A DNA stretch of 64,000 nt, from assembly GCA_012441205.1 (NCBI GenBank), contig GCA_012441205.1_4705.1, one strand, 5' to 3'. How positions within the stretch are numbered: position 1 is the stretch's first letter; every line of letters starts with the position of its first letter. A model generated the notes under the pieces. That model saw only the letters and a program-made list of their open reading frames with translations, did no database searches and was not told where the DNA came from. The position numbers and the translations under genes were made by a program. The DNA is from a phage. This document shows, piece by piece, positions 1 to 8,295 of this stretch.

Positions 1-18
1 GGTGGGGCGAACCCCACC
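1..18 (-). terminator. GC-rich hairpin 3' of CDS 44..469 (window-truncated)
   Basis: ggtgggg-cgaa-ccccacc palindrome; any U-tract would lie beyond the window start. Confidence 0.3.
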
Positions 19-43
19 AAAACGTCAGACACACGCGGGAAAA

Positions 44-469
44 TTAATTCAGTGATGCATATAAGGCATAACGACTGTAGATCTCAACCGCCGGTCCGTT
101 ATGCGTTAACAGACCGTCTCGGCTGTAATACTGGAAAAATGAATAACGTTTGTCGAAGTGATAAACAAAAGCAATGTCTTTGCCGTCAAAACCTGTGATG
201 CGTGGTCTGTTTTTATCTAGCAATGCTTTGACTTTTAACAGTGTTGCCGCACGTGCTTTAACGTTAGGGATCAAGCCATCACAATCGATATAAACAGTGT
301 AACCTGTTTCAGATGTTGCGACGGTCGTATTGCGATTGACGCGGAAGATTTTTGTTTCGTATGTACTATCTTCAAGAATTGGGTTTTGTTTTTCGTATTT
401 TCGTTTACGCAGAAATTCTACAACGGTGATATAGTTAGCGGTAATATGCCCGGTTATAGCTTGTAACAT
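44..469 (-). CDS. hypothetical protein (141 aa)
   Basis: ORF with AAGGA SD 7 nt upstream of ATG; preceded by conserved leader and promoter-like motif. Confidence 0.6.
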   Translation of the reverse strand: MLQAITGHITANYITVVEFLRKRKYEKQNPILEDSTYETKIFRVNRNTTVATSETGYTVYIDCDGLIPNVKARAATLLKVKALLDKNRPRITGFDGKDIAFVYHFDKRYSFFQYYSRDGLLTHNGPAVEIYSRYALYASLN

Positions 470-500
470 CTTGACATCCTTTTATATTGGATTGGTTGCA
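470..500 (-). promoter_or_regulatory. conserved 5' leader / translation-initiation region, copy 1
   Basis: about 28 of 30 nt identical to 28677..28707, immediately upstream of an unrelated start codon. Confidence 0.45.
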
Positions 501-537
501 ATTGTCTTAAATAGATGATAAGATATTTTGCTCTTAT

Positions 538-561
538 CACTAAGGTAATGTAGTCGCGAAA
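538..561 (-). promoter_or_regulatory. conserved promoter-like motif, copy 1 (TTTCGCGACTACATTACCTTAGTG on minus strand)
   Basis: 24-nt motif shared with 28742..28765 and 57488..57511, each 40-90 nt upstream of a minus-strand start. Confidence 0.45.
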
Positions 562-577
562 TAAACTGCGTTAACAC

Positions 578-640
578 GAAATAAAAAACAGCATAGAACC
601 CTCCTCCCACATCCTTCAAGAGGACGGTGGGAAGAGGGAG
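578..640 (-). terminator. putative intrinsic terminator after CDS 644..1045
   Basis: 12-bp stem CCCTCTTCCCAC/GTGGGAGGAGGG then T-rich tract on minus strand; loop is long (15 nt). Confidence 0.4.
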
Positions 641-643
641 AGA

Positions 644-1045
644 TTAAATGTCGTGGACGGCAATGCCGTTTAACCAGCAATACAGCTTAACGCGACAGGA
701 ATACCGCTTCGTTGCGGCAACCATTTCATCGCGTAAACGCTGGTATATTTCATCCTGGTGTTCACGATCAATGGGGTAATCAGCCCAACATTCGATCATG
801 ACGTCACCATTCGTCAGAATCGTCGTACGCATCCTGTCCTGGATACGGCGGTCTTTCCCGGCATTAGGGAAATACATTCCTTCAGTACGAATAAGGTCGC
901 CGCAAGGCATGACTAACCATTCGTTCGTTTTGCCGGTATTCTTATAATCCATTACAGCTTGCATTGCGGTGTCAACGCTAAAAGAAACATAATTCCAAAC
1001 GGATGTCCAACGATAGATTGCGGGTTGTTCGAGTGTTTCGTTCAT
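644..1045 (-). CDS. hypothetical protein (133 aa)
   Basis: ORF with AGGAAAAG SD upstream of ATG. Confidence 0.6.
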   Translation of the reverse strand: MNETLEQPAIYRWTSVWNYVSFSVDTAMQAVMDYKNTGKTNEWLVMPCGDLIRTEGMYFPNAGKDRRIQDRMRTTILTNGDVMIECWADYPIDREHQDEIYQRLRDEMVAATKRYSCRVKLYCWLNGIAVHDI

Positions 1046-1259
1046 GGAGTGCTTTTCCTATTTTTATTTTCTGCACAGGATAAATTCAACGGCATAAAGC
1101 CCTTCCCTGCCCTTATATGGGGCGGGAAGAGTTTATGACCGCAATGAGAATCTCTCACGACAAGCTCACGACGATTATCGCATCACCCCGCGAGTGAGGG
1201 AGATCAGGATCACCTCCTACGTCGTAACGACAGTAATCCCGTTAACGTCGCCTTAGGCA

Positions 1260-1886
1260 TTATGCGAAGCGACGCATGTAACCTGCCAGATAGTTACGTG
1301 TATCGAAGTAAGCAATTTCAGGAATTGCGATATTAAGGTCGATAGCACGGATTTCAACCTGGCGACGGCTTTCATCATAGATCGCATCCATCAGACGCAG
1401 TACTGTCAGGAAAGCCATGCGGGTATGGTAGTCCAGCGGCATGTTATCGATGCCACGATACAGATAACGGTTTGCATTAAATGCTCCTTCGCTGTTATCT
1501 TTCCAGATCTTCAGAATATCAGCAAAGGCGGTGCGGAAAACCTCAGGATTATCCACATCCAGTAACGCACGGAAGGCAGACATTAAAGACCGCTGATGGC
1601 GGATCAACGACTGCGGTGTTTGCGGCATGGTCGGACCCATTTCTTCCGCATATTTCTGGAACGGGGCAACCAGGGTTGCGGCACGAGAAGCCACGATAGA
1701 AACAGCAGGCGATTCTTTCACCGCTGGTTTCGCAGGCTTTTCTTCAACAACGGTTTCCTTCTTCTCAACAGCGACCGTTTCCGGCTGTGCTACAACATCA
1801 CCAACCGGAGCATCTGCAACGGTGGTTTCTACCGCAGTAATCTCCTCGTCCATTTTTGCAGAACGTTGGTCTTTATTCTTGCTCAT
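1260..1886 (-). CDS. hypothetical protein with acidic low-complexity N-terminal region (208 aa)
   Basis: ORF with AAGGAAA SD; E/V/A/P-rich N-terminus. Confidence 0.6.
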   Translation of the reverse strand: MSKNKDQRSAKMDEEITAVETTVADAPVGDVVAQPETVAVEKKETVVEEKPAKPAVKESPAVSIVASRAATLVAPFQKYAEEMGPTMPQTPQSLIRHQRSLMSAFRALLDVDNPEVFRTAFADILKIWKDNSEGAFNANRYLYRGIDNMPLDYHTRMAFLTVLRLMDAIYDESRRQVEIRAIDLNIAIPEIAYFDTRNYLAGYMRRFA

Positions 1887-1911
1887 GTTTATTTCCTTTC
1901 ATTTAACAAGG

Positions 1912-3213
1912 TTAACTAATATAAAGTTCGGGATCGTAAGGCGCTAACGATACACTGGCGTTATGCATTGCTTTCATCATAGTGTTCATGAAAACGTTGT
2001 TTACACCGGTGATCTCTGCCCCGATCGCGTCTGGGGTTGGAGCCATCGCGTTACCGCAACAGGTAGCACAGTATTCCAGTGGGCCTGCTTTACAACGTTG
2101 AGGATCACGTAACTTGATGGTCTGTCCTTCCAAGGAAGCAAGTAATTCAGCATCAATAAGTTTAAGCGCTGCGCCGTCGATCATGTAACGGCCGACAAGC
2201 AGCTTATCTTTGATATGATCGCGGTTTACCGTGAACAGAATATGTTCGTGGGTACCACAGTCGTCCATCGTGATTTTAAGGTTCTGTGTCGCACGTTGTG
2301 ATTCTTTCGCCGTCTGTCCCGCTAAAGCGGTCAGTGCGCCACGTGAGAACGAACCTGCACGTGCGCTGTTGTTGTACTCCGCCCAATGGTCGACACGCAT
2401 CCCTTCAGCCAGGCTGTGTGTGATAACGTTACGTTTACCAGGGTCAACGAAGTCGGCTTCAACCCCCATCATGATGTGCGTTTTCTTTCGAGTATTACCG
2501 AAACTCTTACCGGGGTTAATATAGAACCCTTCCGATTCATCACCCTTAAAGGATTCCTTATCCATTTTGGTCAGCGTGGCTTCGAGTTTGATCAGTTCTT
2601 CAGGCGTGAACTTACCTTCCTCTTGTAAGCGTGCTAACTCTTTATCGCGATAGGCAATAATATCATCATCGACCGTTAACGCTTTATCACTCATTGATGG
2701 AACAATTAAACGGTTGATAGCGGTTAACGCACTAATATTGTTGGTGAATTTCTTCACTTCGCTTGCGTACAACGGACCAATTGGACGTTCGTTAGGATCG
2801 GGTATTCCCTCTTCAGGATCGTCAGCGACGCGTGGCGCAATCAGTGACTCCAGTGTACCGCTGGTCAACCGTCCTGCCTGGTATTCAATCTGAATACCGA
2901 AAGCATCATAAAGGACGTACATATTGAACAACGCTTCACCGAAGGTTGTGGTGGTTGTATTCTTAACCGACGGTAGATCACCAGGTGCAAGCTCCAATGG
3001 CTCCCAGAAACTCAACAGGGGTTTTGTTGGCTCGGTTTCCCATTGGTGTTCTTCACCGTCGATGGTAACCGTAACGACGTTACCTTGACGACGTAATTTA
3101 GGCTGATACTTCTCAGCGCCGCCTTCCGTAAAAGCAAATGCGTCGTTAATCCATTCAAGATAACGGTAGTGCCCTTCACGCATCGCGTAAAGGAAATATT
3201 CACGAGGTGTCAT
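1912..3213 (-). CDS. hypothetical protein (433 aa)
   Basis: long ORF, AGGAG SD; no motif recognised. Confidence 0.65.
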   Translation of the reverse strand: MTPREYFLYAMREGHYRYLEWINDAFAFTEGGAEKYQPKLRRQGNVVTVTIDGEEHQWETEPTKPLLSFWEPLELAPGDLPSVKNTTTTTFGEALFNMYVLYDAFGIQIEYQAGRLTSGTLESLIAPRVADDPEEGIPDPNERPIGPLYASEVKKFTNNISALTAINRLIVPSMSDKALTVDDDIIAYRDKELARLQEEGKFTPEELIKLEATLTKMDKESFKGDESEGFYINPGKSFGNTRKKTHIMMGVEADFVDPGKRNVITHSLAEGMRVDHWAEYNNSARAGSFSRGALTALAGQTAKESQRATQNLKITMDDCGTHEHILFTVNRDHIKDKLLVGRYMIDGAALKLIDAELLASLEGQTIKLRDPQRCKAGPLEYCATCCGNAMAPTPDAIGAEITGVNNVFMNTMMKAMHNASVSLAPYDPELYIS

Positions 3214-3226
3214 GTAACAACTCCTT

Positions 3227-4105
3227 TTAAACCCGGGTCAGGTCACCGTGACATGAAACGAACTCTGATAACGCTCGGGTTGCTTCTTTGGATTCTTCAG
3301 CCATCGGGAAGTTTGCGGTAATAAGTTCTCGTAAGACAGGGACGAGTTCATTATCTTCGAGATCGGAAGCTAAGGCGAATGCAATCAGTTCTTGGGTGTA
3401 TGCATACGGTTGCTGACGTAATGCAGTAAGCTGATCCCGACACTGCGACATTAGCAGGTCCAGTGGAACCGCTATCGTACCCCCTTCATCAATATACTGG
3501 CTGAACACTGGTGGGAACGCATCGCTGATGACACGAATACGTCGACGAATATGATCCGGAATCTGGACGTTTTCTTCATCGACGACGTTTTCGCTATCTT
3601 TCTCCAGCTTCTTGGTCAGTACCTCTTGAATGCGTGGAAGTAAGCTTGAATGCACGAAACCGATTAATGGGGTTACGTTAACAGCATCAACGCCGTAAAT
3701 ATAATGCGCGCATTCCGCTAGCGCTTCAGCTGTGGTGTAGTCTTCATCTTCAACGATAGCGAGTAGAAAAGCGGTATCGTCGTGTGTTTCCAGGTCTAAT
3801 AACGTAGACGCTAGCGCATGAAGATATTTCAGGCTATCCAGAGTTAGCTGCCCTTCGTTAATTCGGATCCCGAAGGCAAGCAATTGTTGTTTATAAAGTT
3901 CGATACATCCGTTTGTTAAAATGATGTCTAATTCGTTTAAATCGTATTGTTCCCCAGCACCTGACAACATCGTACTGCAGAACGTTTCCAGTTGTTCACA
4001 TTTAAAATCTTGGTATAAACGATGTATGCAGTGCTGTAACAGCGTACGCCTTGTTTCAGGGATCTTACCTTCTAACAAAGCCAAGACGGAATCAATCATA
4101 TCCAC
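3227..4105 (-). CDS. hypothetical protein (292 aa)
   Basis: ORF with GGAGTGG SD; no motif recognised. Confidence 0.65.
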   Translation of the reverse strand: MDMIDSVLALLEGKIPETRRTLLQHCIHRLYQDFKCEQLETFCSTMLSGAGEQYDLNELDIILTNGCIELYKQQLLAFGIRINEGQLTLDSLKYLHALASTLLDLETHDDTAFLLAIVEDEDYTTAEALAECAHYIYGVDAVNVTPLIGFVHSSLLPRIQEVLTKKLEKDSENVVDEENVQIPDHIRRRIRVISDAFPPVFSQYIDEGGTIAVPLDLLMSQCRDQLTALRQQPYAYTQELIAFALASDLEDNELVPVLRELITANFPMAEESKEATRALSEFVSCHGDLTRV

Positions 4106-4195
4106 TCCGATGCGGTAAATGTCTACTAGCTCTCATAATCTATTGAAGAAACTACCAGCTTACGCCAACTTAGATTAATCAGGAGTAACCATCCC
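4106..4195. promoter_or_regulatory. divergent intergenic region between minus operon (3227..4105) and plus operon (4196..7263)
   Basis: 90-nt gap between divergent starts, each with its own SD; no canonical -35/-10 pair identified. Confidence 0.35.
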
Positions 4196-4669
4196 ATGCC
4201 AGTTTCATCCAAACCAAGAAAAAAATCCGTAGGAAACCCTAAAGCTCAGGAAACAACAGCAATTCGTTGGGACGAGTTACGTGAACCTATCGAAAACTGC
4301 GAATTGTTATTAGGTACCCTGGGTGCAGCTATTTACCAAGCGACGCAACCCTGTCGTTTACGATTAACCCAAAACAAACGTGATGAGTTCGTTGCATTAT
4401 CAACAAGCACGAATAAAGATCTGACCGAACTTCAAACCGAGTTGACGACGATCAAGAACTCCATCACGCCGATGTACGGTAAAGAAGTTGATGAACAAAG
4501 TATTCTGTTACAGTACAACTACGGGATGTCGTTAATGAACATCCTGGAACGCGCATCCGATATTCTGCGTCCTGACGTTGCACGCCTAAGCCAGCTGCGT
4601 GTCGAAGGGATGGAGAACCAGATCCGATTCGCTAACAGTGTTAAATCTCAAGGAGCCACCGAAGCATGA
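4196..4669 (+). CDS. hypothetical protein (157 aa)
   Basis: ORF with AGGAG SD; ATGA overlap with the next gene. Confidence 0.6.
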   Translation: MPVSSKPRKKSVGNPKAQETTAIRWDELREPIENCELLLGTLGAAIYQATQPCRLRLTQNKRDEFVALSTSTNKDLTELQTELTTIKNSITPMYGKEVDEQSILLQYNYGMSLMNILERASDILRPDVARLSQLRVEGMENQIRFANSVKSQGATEA

Positions 4670-6330
4670 GCGAACAAGAAAAAGAAGTCGTGACGAATCA
4701 GGAAGCCGTTGAGCGTTCAGAGTCGTCCGTTGAAACAACGATTCCGGCAAGTTCCGAGCCTGTTGGTTCCACACAGCAGGAAAGTAAAGACGAAGTAGTG
4801 GCTCCAGAAGCAACCCGTGAAGAAGAACCATCACATCCACCGCTGGTCGATTTCTCGAAGGCAACGATACGTTTCCAATGCGAAGACATTCGTCCTAAGA
4901 GTCCGAAGAAAACAAAACGTCAGCCGTTGGTGTTACCGCTGTATTCTCCACGTGTGCAGACAACGTATTACCGGGAATACATCAACGAAGCAATGGATAC
5001 CGTGCAAGCCATTGTCGCTCAACGCGGTAAACCGACAGACGAACAATTTGATAAATTCAGTAAAGCGGTGGTGCAATCGGTTGCTGATGGACAATATCAT
5101 CCGCGTGGCCCAGCTCACGATCGCGCCTTGGAACGTAAGGGCAGTCAGTGGACTAACGTACCCGTAGACTCATCGGGTGTTGGTCGCGTTATTCCTGGCA
5201 TTCCACAACCGAACCATATCCCTGATGATGTCGAAGCGCCGCTGACAGGAACCGATGCGATCTATTTTGCCATCCGTAATACGAAATCAGGTGCGCCTGC
5301 GGTAATGCCGTTATGGCATAGCGGTATTAAGCTGCAGTTTAATCCGCCGTCAAATGAACGTGTTGCAATTATGCACGAACGTATTGCACGCGATAAAATC
5401 CTGGGTGGACGTGATAGTACCGGTTTCCTGTTTTCAGCAACCTCGATTATCACCATGAAGCACGCTATCGAATTAGCATTAGAATGCTGCTACATGGCCA
5501 ACGTACCGAACCTGGATATCCAGCGTTTGAAAGACATTATTCCGGTTACCGATGTTCCAGCGTTATTGCTGAACGTGCTGGTAACCATGTACCCGTACGG
5601 ATATCCTTACGTACAGACCTGCTATCAGAATCCAGAAACCTGCGACTATCGTGTTGAAGATACCGTAAGCTTTGCAAAACTCTATCAAGTTGACAACAGC
5701 GCGATAACCAAACGTATGCGACAGATCATGACCGAAGGTCCGGTCATGACGGATGAACTTTTGCGTGAGTATGCAAACGAACTGGGTGAAACAAACTCCC
5801 GTACGCTGGATCTGTCCGACAACGGTTCTGTTATCATTGAACTTGAAGTACCGAAGATTTCACGTCAGATCGCCATGGGCGAACGCTGGTTAAGCGATAC
5901 CCTGGAAGATCTGCGTGATATTCTATCGCGTCCGTCAATGACCGAAGAAGAGCGTGATCGTGTTATTCGTGAACGTCAGTTCTATAGCTGGATGCGTCAG
6001 TATGATGCGTGGATCAAATCGATGCACGTGTCAGTAAACGGTACCATGCGTCGTGTAAGCGATGCAGATACGGCAACGGTATTAGCACAGCTGTCACGAG
6101 ACAGCGACCTTCGTGAACGTTATATTGACGGGTTGATGCAATTCATCGGTGATTCGACGATTGCGCTCGCAGCGATGCCTGCCTGGAAATGTCCGAAATG
6201 TAATGCCGATATTGCTGACAATCTGCGTGACCAGAAATACTACGATCTGATTGCTTTGGATGTACCCCAGCTTTTTTTTACCCTAAACTCCGTCCAATCT
6301 CTTCAGGAGGGGATGGACGCGGTATTCTAA
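4666..6330 (+). CDS. hypothetical protein with acidic N-terminal region (554 aa)
   Basis: long ORF; no motif recognised. Confidence 0.65.
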   Translation: MSEQEKEVVTNQEAVERSESSVETTIPASSEPVGSTQQESKDEVVAPEATREEEPSHPPLVDFSKATIRFQCEDIRPKSPKKTKRQPLVLPLYSPRVQTTYYREYINEAMDTVQAIVAQRGKPTDEQFDKFSKAVVQSVADGQYHPRGPAHDRALERKGSQWTNVPVDSSGVGRVIPGIPQPNHIPDDVEAPLTGTDAIYFAIRNTKSGAPAVMPLWHSGIKLQFNPPSNERVAIMHERIARDKILGGRDSTGFLFSATSIITMKHAIELALECCYMANVPNLDIQRLKDIIPVTDVPALLLNVLVTMYPYGYPYVQTCYQNPETCDYRVEDTVSFAKLYQVDNSAITKRMRQIMTEGPVMTDELLREYANELGETNSRTLDLSDNGSVIIELEVPKISRQIAMGERWLSDTLEDLRDILSRPSMTEEERDRVIRERQFYSWMRQYDAWIKSMHVSVNGTMRRVSDADTATVLAQLSRDSDLRERYIDGLMQFIGDSTIALAAMPAWKCPKCNADIADNLRDQKYYDLIALDVPQLFFTLNSVQSLQEGMDAVF

Positions 6331-6422
6331 TCGATCCGCGATACGGGTTACATGACGGACAACTTGTTCGTAATGATGAAAAAATCTGGGAATTGCTATT
6401 AGCCCGTAAAGGCGACGGTGGC

Positions 6423-6752
6423 ATGAAACTGAACATCGAAATGGGTATTGCGTACGATACCATGTTTGGCTTGTACGATCGTGTTAACGACTGGACGCCG
6501 TTGAAATGGGTTGCTCAGCATCCCGCTGAAGATCCCTGGGACAGATTGGGGATTAAACCCTTAATCGAAGATTATGTCCGATTCGGTATTAAAGAGTTCA
6601 TGACGCTGGATGCGTTTTTACAAGCACCGTATCCTTACGCGCAAACGGTACTCAAAATCGCACAAGACGAACTGCGGAAACGTAGTGCGGTACTGGACGA
6701 CGATGAGGACAAGTTACGACGAGAAGAAGAACGTTTACGAAACGGAAAATAA
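6423..6752 (+). CDS. hypothetical protein (about 109 aa)
   Basis: track ORF 6393..6752 begins at TTG; first ATG at 6423 has a GGTGG SD. Confidence 0.5.
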   Translation: MKLNIEMGIAYDTMFGLYDRVNDWTPLKWVAQHPAEDPWDRLGIKPLIEDYVRFGIKEFMTLDAFLQAPYPYAQTVLKIAQDELRKRSAVLDDDEDKLRREEERLRNGK

Positions 6753-6753
6753 A

Positions 6754-7263
6754 ATGGCGAGATTTACCAGTTTGATTGGGTTGGATATTTGGGAAACACC
6801 GGCTGACGTTCGGGTTATTCCTGTTAACACCGTCGGTGTGATGGGACGTGGTCTTGCCAAACAGGCAGCCGATCGTGTGCCTGGTCTTCTTGAAGCGTAC
6901 CGTAAGCAATGTCAAGATGGGTTTAAGGTGGGTGAAGTCGTGTCATATCAGCATGGCGAGAACGATCAGCTCACCTACGTGTTGTTTCCATCAAAATCGG
7001 ATTGGCGTGAAAGAACACGACGCGAGTATATCGTTAACGGTTTACTGGCGTTAAAAGCATGGTTACTGGAGCTTCAGTTCGAAAGAGACGGCTTCTCATA
7101 TCGGCGTCCGGCTGAACCGCTGATCGTTGCAATTCCTCCGGTCGGTTCTGGTTGCGGTAATATCGGTTACGGACAATCCGAAACAATCCAGCCTCAATGG
7201 GTACGCGCACAAATCAAACAGTATCTTGCCACCGTACCAAACGTTCATTTCTACTTGTTCTAA
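6754..7263 (+). CDS. macro-domain protein (ADP-ribose binding/processing family)
   Basis: VIPVNTVGVMGRGLAKQAA and IVAIPPVGSGCGNIGYG resemble the two macro-domain signatures; start set at ATG 6754 right after the upstream stop. Confidence 0.5.
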   Translation: MARFTSLIGLDIWETPADVRVIPVNTVGVMGRGLAKQAADRVPGLLEAYRKQCQDGFKVGEVVSYQHGENDQLTYVLFPSKSDWRERTRREYIVNGLLALKAWLLELQFERDGFSYRRPAEPLIVAIPPVGSGCGNIGYGQSETIQPQWVRAQIKQYLATVPNVHFYLF

Positions 7264-7278
7264 TGCAAAGGTAACATA

Positions 7279-7312
7279 ACCCTCCTCCAACCCGTAAGGG
7301 AAGGAGGAGGGC
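7279..7312. terminator. bidirectional hairpin between convergent genes
   Basis: ACCCTCCTCCAACCC-GTAA-GGGAAGGAGGAGGG hairpin; near-identical element at 12405..12434. Confidence 0.5.
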
Positions 7313-7320
7313 TTATGCTG

Positions 7321-7695
7321 TTAATGTTCGTTCCAGATGGCATCTTCCGGTGGAACAATAGGATCTTTCTTCGGCATTGACGGTACTTCATGACGATGCT
7401 TACGGAATTGCCTATCGATAACCTCACGAAGCCGGTACGCATCAACCCATGTTGATTTATTGAACAGCTCCAATGTCACAGTTAATCGTGTTCTTGACAT
7501 TGAATAGCTTTTCTTTGCAATCAAATTGGGATAATTCAGTTGAGCGAACCACGCACGTATTTGTGCTTCGGTAAAAGCGATGCTGTAATAACTAAGTTTA
7601 CCGTCATTAAAATCGTGCGCGTGGGTGTAACGTCCAGCGTAACGCCAGACAAGATGCACATTCAGATCGATCCATGGTGGGGTGGTATCAGCCAT
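7321..7695 (-). CDS. hypothetical protein (124 aa)
   Basis: ORF with GAGGGT SD. Confidence 0.6.
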   Translation of the reverse strand: MADTTPPWIDLNVHLVWRYAGRYTHAHDFNDGKLSYYSIAFTEAQIRAWFAQLNYPNLIAKKSYSMSRTRLTVTLELFNKSTWVDAYRLREVIDRQFRKHRHEVPSMPKKDPIVPPEDAIWNEH

Positions 7696-7704
7696 GTGTT
7701 ACCC

Positions 7705-8274
7705 TCAACGATTCTTCATCACTTTACCCAGGCTTTCGATATTATCCCAAAAGCGATTTTTACTTGGCGCATCGCCGACGATAACCGACATCAAATCACG
7801 ACGTTCGCGACTGATGATGCCTTGTGATTTCCAGATCACCATCGTCCAGCAAGCGGCCAGAACGAACAGATGGTTAATGCTCGGTTTGGTTTGCGCGATG
7901 AACGCAAGCCATGCCCAGATACCGGTGTATACTAGCGTCACTAAAAAGAGCGAGATTGTTGCAACGACAACAACGAAGTTTTGGACAGCGGGTTGATTAG
8001 CGTTATCATGAATAGCGGTAAGATCAGGAAGATTACCTTCAACTGAACTCGTTTCATCGATTTCCAATTCTTCGATTTCTTTTCGTGTGTCAGGAGCTAA
8101 TCCAGCATCATCGAGATGCTTTTTTAACCGCTGTATGCTTAATCGTTGACCGACAGGAATGTTGATGTTGTCGTAACTATTAAGCGCATCAACCAGGGAG
8201 CGTCCATCAACGAGAACCAAGCTCGCGGTACCCATCGTTTGCGGTTTTATTTTGTAAAGGTCTTTTACTTTCAT
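7705..8274 (-). CDS. membrane protein (189 aa, two predicted TM helices)
   Basis: GGAGGTGG SD; hydrophobic segment VVVVATISLFLVTLVYTGIWAWLAFIA. Confidence 0.6.
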   Translation of the reverse strand: MKVKDLYKIKPQTMGTASLVLVDGRSLVDALNSYDNINIPVGQRLSIQRLKKHLDDAGLAPDTRKEIEELEIDETSSVEGNLPDLTAIHDNANQPAVQNFVVVVATISLFLVTLVYTGIWAWLAFIAQTKPSINHLFVLAACWTMVIWKSQGIISRERRDLMSVIVGDAPSKNRFWDNIESLGKVMKNR

Positions 8275-8295
8275 GTAGACACCACCTCCAACGTG

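Noticed and set aside
471-476. TTGACA hexamers on the plus strand at 471..476 and 28678..28683 as sigma70 -35 boxes
   Set aside because: They are on the wrong strand for the adjacent genes and have no -10 element at 16-18 nt spacing; they are part of the conserved minus-strand leader.
1481-2628. Plus-strand ORFs (1481..1699, 1596..1919, 1627..1947, 2231..2524, 2386..2628) and many similar antisense ORFs across the window
   Set aside because: They lie entirely inside longer minus-strand genes that have SD sequences, they lack SD themselves and encode low-complexity sequence; treated as shadow ORFs.
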